Of a stretch of 64,000 nt of DNA, positions 1-7,018 are shown piece by piece (within the stretch, counting starts at the first letter, position 1; each line of letters starts with the position of its first letter). The notes under the pieces were generated by a model. The model searched no databases. It was not told the DNA's origin and worked only from the letters and a program-made list of their open reading frames with translations. A program made the translations under genes and the position numbers. The stretch is from the NCBI GenBank assembly GCA_903929795.1, contig CAIYWC010000189.1:72474-136473 (forward strand). Direction: 5' to 3'. This DNA is from an uncultured Myxococcales bacterium (GTDB taxonomy: Bacteria; Myxococcota_A; UBA9042).

Positions 1-1135
1 GCTGCTTGTCGTCAAACTTGACGCCGTCCGCCATGGCATCGCTGAAAAACGGCAGCTTTTCCATGACATCGCGCAGGCTGCCCATCTTTTTCAGCATGCG
101 GATCTGGTCCAGAAAGTCGCCCAGCGTGAACTTGCCGGACAGCATCTTCTTGGCGTCGCGCTCGGCCTGCTTTTCGTCGACGACCTTCTCGAAATCCTGC
201 ATCAGGCCGACGATGTCGCCCATGCCCAGGATGCGGCTCGCCATGCCCTCCGCGCGAAACGGCTCCAGCTTGTCCAGGCCTTCGCCCATGCCGGCAAACT
301 TGATGGGCGCGCCGGTCACGACCTTGACCGACACCGCCGCGCCGCCGCGCGCATCGCCGTCCAGCTTGGTCAGCACCACGCCGTCAATGCCAACTTTCTC
401 GTTGAATGCCTTGGCCGTCGTCACGGCGTCCTGACCGATCATCGCGTCAATGACCAGCAGCGTGTGGTCGATCGCCACCAGCGAGCGGATCTTGCCCAGC
501 TCGTCCATCAGCGCCTGGTCGATCGTCAGCCGGCCCGCGGTGTCAAGAATCACCACGTTGCGCCCGGTCTGCTTGGCCTGAAGCAAGCCTTTTTCGCACA
601 GTTCCGGCGGCAGCATCCCTGGCACGCTAAAGACCGGCACGTCCAGCCGCTCGCCCAGCACTTTGAGCTGGTCAATGGCCGCCGGTCGGTAGATGTCAGC
701 GGCGACCAGCAGCGGCCGATGTCCCTGGGACTTAAACAAATTCGCTAGCTTGCCGGCGGTGGTCGTCTTGCCGGAGCCCTGCAGGCCAACCATCATCACG
801 ACCGTAATCCCGGTCTTCTTGATGGCCAAGCCCGGCTCGCCCGGGTCCATCAGGCGGATCAGCTCGTCGTGGCAGATCTTGACGAAGTGATCCTGCGGCG
901 AAACTTTGACGGTCTTGCCCTTGTCGTCGGTCGCCTTGACGCGGACGACTTCGCCCAGCGCCTTTTGCTTCACGTCGGCCAAAAACTGTTTGACTACGCC
1001 AAATTCCACGTCAGCTTCCAGCAGCGACGTGCGAATGTCCGCGAGCACCTCATCCAGCGTCTCCTCGTCCAGCTCGCGGTAGCCCTGCAGGCGATGGCGC
1101 GCGGAACGAAAGCCTTTGGTAATTGTTTCAAGCAT
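1..1135 (-). CDS. ffh: Signal recognition particle protein Ffh (SRP54); N-terminal start at 1135, C-terminus runs off the window start
   Basis: Minus-strand translation from ATG at 1133-1135 reads MLETITKGFRSARHRLQGYRELDEETLDEVLADIRTSLLEADV...GLQGSGKTTTAGKLA, which aligns with E. coli Ffh N and G domains (P-loop GSGKTT). No stop before position 1. Confidence 0.9.
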   Translation of the reverse strand, partial: MLETITKGFRSARHRLQGYRELDEETLDEVLADIRTSLLEADVEFGVVKQFLADVKQKALGEVVRVKATDDKGKTVKVSPQDHFVKICHDELIRLMDPGEPGLAIKKTGITVVMMVGLQGSGKTTTAGKLANLFKSQGHRPLLVAADIYRPAAIDQLKVLGERLDVPVFSVPGMLPPELCEKGLLQAKQTGRNVVILDTAGRLTIDQALMDELGKIRSLVAIDHTLLVIDAMIGQDAVTTAKAFNEKVGIDGVVLTKLDGDARGGAAVSVKVVTGAPIKFAGMGEGLDKLEPFRAEGMASRILGMGDIVGLMQDFEKVVDEKQAERDAKKMLSGKFTLGDFLDQIRMLKKMGSLRDVMEKLPFFSDAMADGVKFDDKQ

Positions 1136-1213
1136 CTGGGCCTCGTGCGTGTGGTGCGCTGCGGGGAGCGCGGGCGCGGCAGGTTAGAACCGCTGCGTTT
1201 GCATTTCAAGCTG

Positions 1214-1243
1214 TTGACCTTCCAATGCGAGATAGCGTGCAAT
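1214..1243 (+). promoter_or_regulatory. Candidate sigma70-type promoter (TTGACC-18-TGCAAT) in the ffh/FrzS-like divergent intergenic region
   Basis: TTGACC at 1214-1219 and TGCAAT at 1238-1243, about 45 nt upstream of the ATG at 1289. Found by eye only. Confidence 0.25.
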
Positions 1244-1288
1244 ACGAGCCCCAGCCTGTTTGTCGGCCACCAGCGCCCGGAGCACACC

Positions 1289-2371
1289 ATGTCGCAAGTT
1301 TGTCTCATCCTCGGCGGTACCAACGTGCTCGAGCGCAGCATCCAATCCGCGCTTGGCGCCGCGCCGATCGTGGTTGGCAGCGCCGAAGAGGTCACGGCGC
1401 AGCTGGTCCATCACCCGGATGCAATCGTCGTGCTGGGACCGACCTTTCGCCGCGCGCTGGCGGCCGTCGCGCAGATTCGCCCGGAAGGCCAGACGCAGCC
1501 GCCGATCCTCGTGGTGTTTCGCGATGATCAGAAAGACGAAGTGAAGCGGCACCAAAAAGGCAAGGCGGTCGCGGACAAGTACGTGCAGCAGTCGCGCGCG
1601 GCCAAAGAGCTGGAACCGGCGCTGCAGGCGCTGATGGCGGCGCTGGTGGAGGAGATCGACGCCGTGGAGCTGGAAGAAGAAGTGACCGAGGAGCTGATTG
1701 CGGAGCTGGACGCCGCGGGCTTGGAAGCGCTGGAGGACGACGCCGAGGAGATGACCGCGGACGACCTGGAAGCGCTGGAAGACGACGACGAGCCGCTGAC
1801 GCCGATCGTGCTGATGGACGTCGTGACGCTCACCGTGGACGCGCTGGAGGAGGAGCCGACGACGCCGATGCCGGGCCGCGCGACCGCGCACAACGAAGTG
1901 CTGGGCGAGCTGGACGTGGAAGAGCTGGAGGGCGACGAGATCGTCGAGTCGCTGGAGCCGGAGGCGATTGAGCTGACCGAGGACGGCGACGACTTGGAGT
2001 CGCTGGAAGAAGTCCTGGACGAGGCCGTCATCGAAGAGGAGACGGAGGCGGAGGACGAGGCGCAAGCGCTGGATGCCGACGACCTGCACGAGGAGACGGC
2101 GCACGAGCACGACGGTGCGCTGCTGGCCGAGATGCAGGGGCTGCGCGACAAGCTGCAGATCGCCGCGGATTTGGCGGCGCAAGGCGAGAGCCACAACGCC
2201 GAACTGCAGGGCAAGCTGGCCAAGCAGAACGCCGAGATCGCAGCGCTGCAAGAGCAGCTCAAAGCCGCGCGGGGGCAGGTCGCCGCGCTGCAGACCCGGA
2301 TGATCGACTGCCGGATTCAGGCGGAAGAAGCCGCGGGGATCGTCAAGGCACTGGCCGGCAAGCTGGGCTAG
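1289..2371 (+). CDS. FrzS/AglZ-like protein with an N-terminal pseudo-receiver (CheY-like) domain, a highly acidic repeat linker (LEALEDD...) and a C-terminal coiled coil
   Basis: ATG at 1289 is preceded by GGAGC. The N-terminus CLILGGTNVLERS...PDAIVVLGPT...PPILVVFRDD...KGKAVADKYVQQ parallels the Myxococcus FrzS receiver (ILIVESD...PDLVVLAVDL...VPIVIIGNPD...LKAHADEYVAKP) but lacks the phospho-acceptor Asp. The middle is about 45% Asp/Glu with repeated ELEEE/LEALEDD units. The C-terminus has heptad-like LQGKLAKQNAEIAALQEQLKAARGQVAALQ. The upstream part of ORF 869..2371 overlaps ffh antisense and was rejected. Confidence 0.7.
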   Translation: MSQVCLILGGTNVLERSIQSALGAAPIVVGSAEEVTAQLVHHPDAIVVLGPTFRRALAAVAQIRPEGQTQPPILVVFRDDQKDEVKRHQKGKAVADKYVQQSRAAKELEPALQALMAALVEEIDAVELEEEVTEELIAELDAAGLEALEDDAEEMTADDLEALEDDDEPLTPIVLMDVVTLTVDALEEEPTTPMPGRATAHNEVLGELDVEELEGDEIVESLEPEAIELTEDGDDLESLEEVLDEAVIEEETEAEDEAQALDADDLHEETAHEHDGALLAEMQGLRDKLQIAADLAAQGESHNAELQGKLAKQNAEIAALQEQLKAARGQVAALQTRMIDCRIQAEEAAGIVKALAGKLG

Positions 2372-2387
2372 ACCCAATGCCAGTCAC

Positions 2388-2616
2388 TTGGCGTAAAACA
2401 CGATGAAATCGCTGCGCATTGTGGCGATCAGATTTCGGAACGCTCACGTCTGTCGGAACACTCGCCGGGGAAAAACGGCGACGCGATCCGGCCGGCTCAT
2501 GGCGCGCCTTGCGGACTTCCGTCCGCTCTTGGCGGACCTGCGGTCCGTGGCGCGCCCGTCCGGGCGCGAAATGGCTGCAACTAGCTGTTTGTCTGATGAT
2601 TTGGCTAATTGATCGG
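2388..2616 (+). repeat. Copy A of a roughly 230-bp structured intergenic repeat (three consecutive GC-rich hairpins); candidate sRNA, 3'-UTR or REP/MITE-like element
   Basis: Collinear with 10518..10748 at about 75-80% identity. Shared blocks: TTGGCGyAAA..ATGAAAT, GATTTCGGAACGCTCACGTC, TTGCGGACTTmCGTCCGCTCTTkGCGGACCTGCGGTCCG, GCGCCCGTCyGGGCGCG, ...GATCGG. Hairpins at 2511-2526, 2533-2547 and 2552-2567. It starts 16 nt after the stop of the plus-strand gene and fills the convergent gap. Confidence 0.6.
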
Positions 2617-2630
2617 CACAGGGGCCAGAC

Positions 2631-5600
2631 CTACCAGCCGCTCACCGGGACGCCGGAGACGACGCCGTTGCTGTCGTCGCCAAAGCACTGGACGGCCTTG
2701 CTTGTCAGCACGCCGCACACGACGTTTTCGCCCGCGCCGACCGAGAGCCACTTGCTGCCGGCGGGCGGCGTCGACGAGCCGGACGCGGTCGTGGTCCAGC
2801 AGGCCAGCGTGTTGTCTGCCTGGACGGCGCACGCCATGCTGCCCGCTGCAATGCCGATAAAGCTGCCGGTGGCGGGCGCCTTGGACACCGCGAACACCGA
2901 GTCGTCGCCCCAGCACGTGATGCCGCCGCCGGACTTGCGGATGCCGCACGTAAAGTTGTCGCCAGCGCTGATTTGGCTGAACGTCGCGCCGCCGGGCACC
3001 GTGGTCTGGCCGTATGTGTTCGTGCCCCAGCAGGCGACGGTGCCGTCCGCGCGCAACGCGCAGCTATGGTTTTGGCCGCAGCTGACCTGGACGAACGCGC
3101 CGGTGGGCGTACCGGTTGTCTGCGCGGAGCCGCTGTAATTCCAGCACTGCAGCGTGCCGTCGGTCTTGACCACGCAGGCGTGCGGTTTGCCGACGGAGAC
3201 CTGGGCGATGCCCGTTTGCGTCGACGTCAGCGCGGTCGGCGTGTTGGCGCCCCAGCACTGCATCTGGTTGCTGGCGTTCACGACACACGCGAAATAGTAG
3301 CCGGCGGAGACCTGGGTGAACGTGCCGGTCGGCGGCGTGGCGGCGCTGCCCCAGGCCAGCAGCTTGCCGGCGGCGTTCAGGCCCTCGGCGTAGGTGCTGC
3401 CGGGGTCGGCGAACGGCAAGGTCGCGCATGTTTGCGTGTGCGTGCAGCCGCTCGCGGGCACGCAGGCGTCGGTGGTGCAGGCGTTGCCGTCGTCGCAGCT
3501 CAGGGTCGTGCCCTTGCACGCGCCGGCGGTGCAGACGTCACCGCTGGTGCATGCGCTGCCGTCGCTGCACACGAGCGCGTTGTTGGCATGGCTGCAGCCG
3601 CTCGCGGGCACACAGCTGTCGGTGGTGCAGACGTTGGCATCATCGCAGCTGAGCGTTGCGCCGCTCTTGCAGGTGCCTGACGTGCACGAGTCGCCGCTGG
3701 TGCAGGCGTTGCCGTCGCTACACGCGCCGGTCGTGGGCGCGTGCGTGCAGCCGCTCGCGGACGCGCAGGCGTCGGCCGTGCAGGCGTTGCCGTCATCGCA
3801 GCTCACTGCCATGCCGACGCACGTGCCGGTGGCGCAGCTGTCGCCGGTCGTGCAGGCGTTGCCGTCGTTGCACGCGCTGGTCGTCGGGACGTGGTTGCAG
3901 CCGCTGCCGGGCACGCAGCTGTCGGTCGTGCAGGCGTTGCCGTCATCGCACAAGCCGTCGTCGGTCAGGCCATTACAGTCGTTGTCCACGCCGTCGCAGA
4001 TTTCGATGGCGCCGGGGTGAATCGCGGCGTTGCCGTCGTTGCAATCCAGCTTGTTGGTCACAAAAGTCGCCACCGGCGTGCAGCTCTGGACAAAGACCAG
4101 CGGGTTGCCGTAGCCATCGCCGTCGCCGTCGGCGTAGTAGAACGTGCCGGCGCCGTTGTCGATCTGCCCGTCGCAGTTGTCGTCCACGCCATTGCAGACC
4201 TCCGTGGCGCCCGGGTGGATCGCGCCGTTGGCATCGTTGCAGTCGCCGGGCACGGTCGCGCTCCACAGGCCGCTGCCGGCGCACAGGCACTTGACCTGAA
4301 TCAGCGCGTTGCCATAGCCGTCCGCGTCGCCGTCGTAGAAGAAGTTTGTGCAGGTGTCCAGGTTCGGCGGATCGGTGATCCCGTCGCAGTTGTCATCGAT
4401 TCCGTTGCAGATTTCCTTGGCTCCGGGGTGCACGTTCGGGTTCGTGTCGTCGCAGTCGGTGGCGTCCAGCGTGTGGTAGATCGGGTCGGCGGCGCAGGCG
4501 CACTTCACGTCCTTGCCGCCGTAGCCGTCGCCGTCCGCGTCGGGGTGAAAGCTGCTGCAGCCCTGCGCGCCCAGCTCATCGGTCTGGCCGTTGCAGTTGT
4601 CATCGATCTGGTTGCAGATTTCGGTCGCGCCGGGGTGGACAGCGCTCGACGCATCGTTGCAGTCGCCGCCGATGGTCACTGTGTGGACCGCGTCGGCCGC
4701 GCATAGGCAGGCCATGTCCGTGCCGCCGTAGCCGTCCTTGTCCTTGTCCGCGTAGAAATCCGTGCAGTCGACCGGCGGGCCGTCGTCCGTCAGACCGTTG
4801 CAGTTGTCGTCGATGTTATTGCACAGCTCCGGCGCGCCTGGGTGGATGCTCGCGGCAGCGTCGTTGCAGTCGCCGCCCTTGCTGGCGGTGTGACTCGCGT
4901 CCGCGACGCACAAGCAGACGCCCGCGCCGATGCCGTAGCCGTCGCCGTCGCCGTCGACATACCAGAGCGTGCAGCCCACGCCGGCGCCTTCGTCCGTCTG
5001 GCCGTTGCAGTTGTCGTCCACGCCGTTGCCGCAGATTTCCTGGGCGTTGGGGTGCACGCTGGCGTTCTTGTCGTCGCAGTCGCCGGCCTTGCTGGCGGTG
5101 TACGCGCCTTCGGGCCCGCACGCGCATTGGCTGGCGCCGGTGCCGTAGCCGTCGCCGTCCGCGTCCAGGTAGAACGCCGTGCAGCCCGGCCCGCCGATGC
5201 CGACGTCGGTGGTGCCATCGCAGTCGTCATCGACGCCGTTGCCGCAGATCTCGGGCTGGCCCGGATGGACGGCGGCGCTGGCGTCGTTGCAGTCGCCGCC
5301 ACCGAACGGGCAGACCTTGGGCTTGCCGACAACCGTCGCCGTCGCGGCGCACCAGCCGTCGCCGTCGCCATCGCAGCCTTCGTCCGTCACGCCATTGCAG
5401 TTGTCGTCGGCATCGTTGCACAGCTCTGGCGCGCCGGGGTAGACAGCGGCGTTGTTGTCGTCGCAATCCGTGCCGCTGGCGGACAGACCGGTGCCCGCGG
5501 CGCTGCACAAGCAGACCGGGCTGCCGGCGCCAAAGCCGTCGCCGTCCTTGTCCGGGTAAAACGGCGTGCAGCCCAGGGCGTTGGCGCCGTCCGTGATGCC

Positions 5601-6350
5601 GTCGCAGTTGTCGTCCACGCCGTTGCAGGCCTCCGTGGTGGCGCTGGGCGCGTCGCAGGCCGACAGACCGCTGGCCAGGCACGTGCGCACGCCCGGGCAG
5701 GTGCCCAGCGCGTTCTTGTTGCTGCACGGCGTCTTCGCACCGTCGGCGATGGCCTGCTGCGAACACGGGCACACGCCATTCTTGCGCAGGCACTGCTTGC
5801 TGGCCGCGGGTCCGCCGCTACCTTCCGCGTCGGCGCAGGCGTAGCCGGTGGGGCAATCGGCGTCCGCCTTGCAGCCGCTGCCGCAAAAGCTGCCGCTGGC
5901 GCCGTAGGCGATGCAGACCGCCGCGAGGTTGAGCTTCTGGCACTCGCTGTCCAGCCCGCATGGCCGGCAGAGCGCGGGCGGGCCATCGTCGACGGGCGCC
6001 GTCACATCCACAGCGGCGTCCGCAGCGGCATCCGGCGCCTCATCGCTGTCCCCGGTCGCCGTCGCGTCGCTGCCATCCGGGACTGCGGCATCCGCGGCGG
6101 GGACGTCGGCCGCGGTATCGGCGATCTCGCTGGCTGCATCCGGCACCGCATCGCCTTTGCCGGCGGCGTCTGCAGCCGCATCGGCGGGCTTGCCGCTGTC
6201 ATACGCCGCGACGTCGCCCTTGTTCACAAAACCAAGCTCGTCGCCAAAAACATCGTCGCTTGGCGCGTCGGCAATCGGCGTGCCACAGCTGGCGAACAGC
6301 ATCAGGAGCAAAAATCGCAGCGCAACGGCGCGACACAGCAGGGATTTCAC
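2631..6350 (-). CDS. Giant secreted lipoprotein (1239 aa) built from about 9 DGDGYG...C..DC.D.N..V.PGA.E.CNG.DDNC.G.TDEG repeats (putative metal-binding motif), about 6 Myxococcus cysteine-rich repeats (CDDGNACTTD.C....GC) and C-terminal RCC1-like propeller repeats (..CWG..)
   Basis: GTG start at 6350 with AGGAG 5 nt upstream. Signal peptide plus lipobox is MKSLLCRAVALRFLLLMLFASC|G. Repeat units were read directly from the translation. RCC1-like blades are QCWGANTP, LQCWNYSG, VACWGTNTYGQ, ITCWGDDS, LACWTTT and VQCFGDDS. Confidence 0.85.
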   Translation of the reverse strand: MKSLLCRAVALRFLLLMLFASCGTPIADAPSDDVFGDELGFVNKGDVAAYDSGKPADAAADAAGKGDAVPDAASEIADTAADVPAADAAVPDGSDATATGDSDEAPDAAADAAVDVTAPVDDGPPALCRPCGLDSECQKLNLAAVCIAYGASGSFCGSGCKADADCPTGYACADAEGSGGPAASKQCLRKNGVCPCSQQAIADGAKTPCSNKNALGTCPGVRTCLASGLSACDAPSATTEACNGVDDNCDGITDGANALGCTPFYPDKDGDGFGAGSPVCLCSAAGTGLSASGTDCDDNNAAVYPGAPELCNDADDNCNGVTDEGCDGDGDGWCAATATVVGKPKVCPFGGGDCNDASAAVHPGQPEICGNGVDDDCDGTTDVGIGGPGCTAFYLDADGDGYGTGASQCACGPEGAYTASKAGDCDDKNASVHPNAQEICGNGVDDNCNGQTDEGAGVGCTLWYVDGDGDGYGIGAGVCLCVADASHTASKGGDCNDAAASIHPGAPELCNNIDDNCNGLTDDGPPVDCTDFYADKDKDGYGGTDMACLCAADAVHTVTIGGDCNDASSAVHPGATEICNQIDDNCNGQTDELGAQGCSSFHPDADGDGYGGKDVKCACAADPIYHTLDATDCDDTNPNVHPGAKEICNGIDDNCDGITDPPNLDTCTNFFYDGDADGYGNALIQVKCLCAGSGLWSATVPGDCNDANGAIHPGATEVCNGVDDNCDGQIDNGAGTFYYADGDGDGYGNPLVFVQSCTPVATFVTNKLDCNDGNAAIHPGAIEICDGVDNDCNGLTDDGLCDDGNACTTDSCVPGSGCNHVPTTSACNDGNACTTGDSCATGTCVGMAVSCDDGNACTADACASASGCTHAPTTGACSDGNACTSGDSCTSGTCKSGATLSCDDANVCTTDSCVPASGCSHANNALVCSDGSACTSGDVCTAGACKGTTLSCDDGNACTTDACVPASGCTHTQTCATLPFADPGSTYAEGLNAAGKLLAWGSAATPPTGTFTQVSAGYYFACVVNASNQMQCWGANTPTALTSTQTGIAQVSVGKPHACVVKTDGTLQCWNYSGSAQTTGTPTGAFVQVSCGQNHSCALRADGTVACWGTNTYGQTTVPGGATFSQISAGDNFTCGIRKSGGGITCWGDDSVFAVSKAPATGSFIGIAAGSMACAVQADNTLACWTTTASGSSTPPAGSKWLSVGAGENVVCGVLTSKAVQCFGDDSNGVVSGVPVSGW

Positions 6351-6392
6351 ACGGCTCCTGTCCAGCTGGGCGCGGCGCCTCTCCCGGCCGCG

Positions 6393-6998
6393 TCAGGATT
6401 GTTCGCGGTGGTTCTCGCGCATGAGCGCAAGGAGCGCACACGCCAGCAGGAAGCGAGTATCGACATTCCTGCCCTCAGCCGCCACCGTCAAACGGTATTC
6501 TTTCACAAAAAACCGGAACACCTGATCGACTTTGGCCACCTCGCTGGTCCCCAGCAGCACGCGCCAGTGGCCCAGCAGGATCGGAAAGATCCGCCGCAGC
6601 CAGGACAGCCCGACCTCTTCCAGGATGCCCTGGGGCTGCTCGCTCTGGTCCAGCAATTCCCAGGTGTCGCGCACCATCGACTTCAGCCCACGCGAGCGCA
6701 GCGTGCCGATCCAGCCGCCCGTCTGCGCCGCCGTCACGTCGTAGACCCGATTCAGCGCCACGATCTGCCGCGACTGGATGGTCGCCAGTGGCTGCTGCAT
6801 GGCCTCGTCGGCGAAAATCTGGAACTGCTCGCGCATACGCATGACCGGGTGGCGCACGAAGGCGACGAGCTGGCCGCTGCCGTCCGTCACGCGAAACGTG
6901 CGGTTGAAAAACGATAGCCACGGCCGGCGGATGGTGTAAACGCCGTCGGGCACGGACTGAACAAGCGCGCTGCGCGGCGGAGCATAGGCAGTTTCCAT
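6393..6998 (-). CDS. Hypothetical protein of about 200 aa, possibly a tubby/scramblase/LURP-one-like fold (C-terminal hydrophobic helix FLLACALLALM)
   Basis: ATG at 6996-6998 (METAYAPPRS...) with GGAGAG 8 nt upstream. The longer ORF start at 7139 lies in the GH92 reading-frame region and was rejected. Family assignment is only an impression. Confidence 0.55.
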   Translation of the reverse strand: METAYAPPRSALVQSVPDGVYTIRRPWLSFFNRTFRVTDGSGQLVAFVRHPVMRMREQFQIFADEAMQQPLATIQSRQIVALNRVYDVTAAQTGGWIGTLRSRGLKSMVRDTWELLDQSEQPQGILEEVGLSWLRRIFPILLGHWRVLLGTSEVAKVDQVFRFFVKEYRLTVAAEGRNVDTRFLLACALLALMRENHREQS

Positions 6999-7018
6999 GG
7001 TCAAACCTCTCCAATTCG

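Noticed and set aside
869-1288. 5' 140 codons of ORF 869..2371 (+) lying antisense to ffh
   Set aside because: Overlaps the well-supported ffh CDS. The real start is ATG 1289, after the divergent intergenic region.
1184-2377. Minus-strand ORFs 1184..2377, 1528..2262 and plus-strand ORFs 1123..1527, 1260..1544, 2073..2303
   Set aside because: These are Arg/Ala/Ser-rich shadow ORFs antisense to or frame-shifted from the FrzS-like gene. Such ORFs are typical in 70% GC DNA.
2403-2612. 69-aa ORF starting ATGAAAT inside repeat copy A
   Set aside because: The homologous frame in copy B stops after 9 codons, so conservation is at the nucleotide and structure level, not the protein level.
4842-6917. 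691-aa plus-strand ORF, with many others between 2600 and 6350
   Set aside because: Antisense to the 1239-aa lipoprotein. Ala/Arg/Val/Gly low-complexity composition and no motifs.
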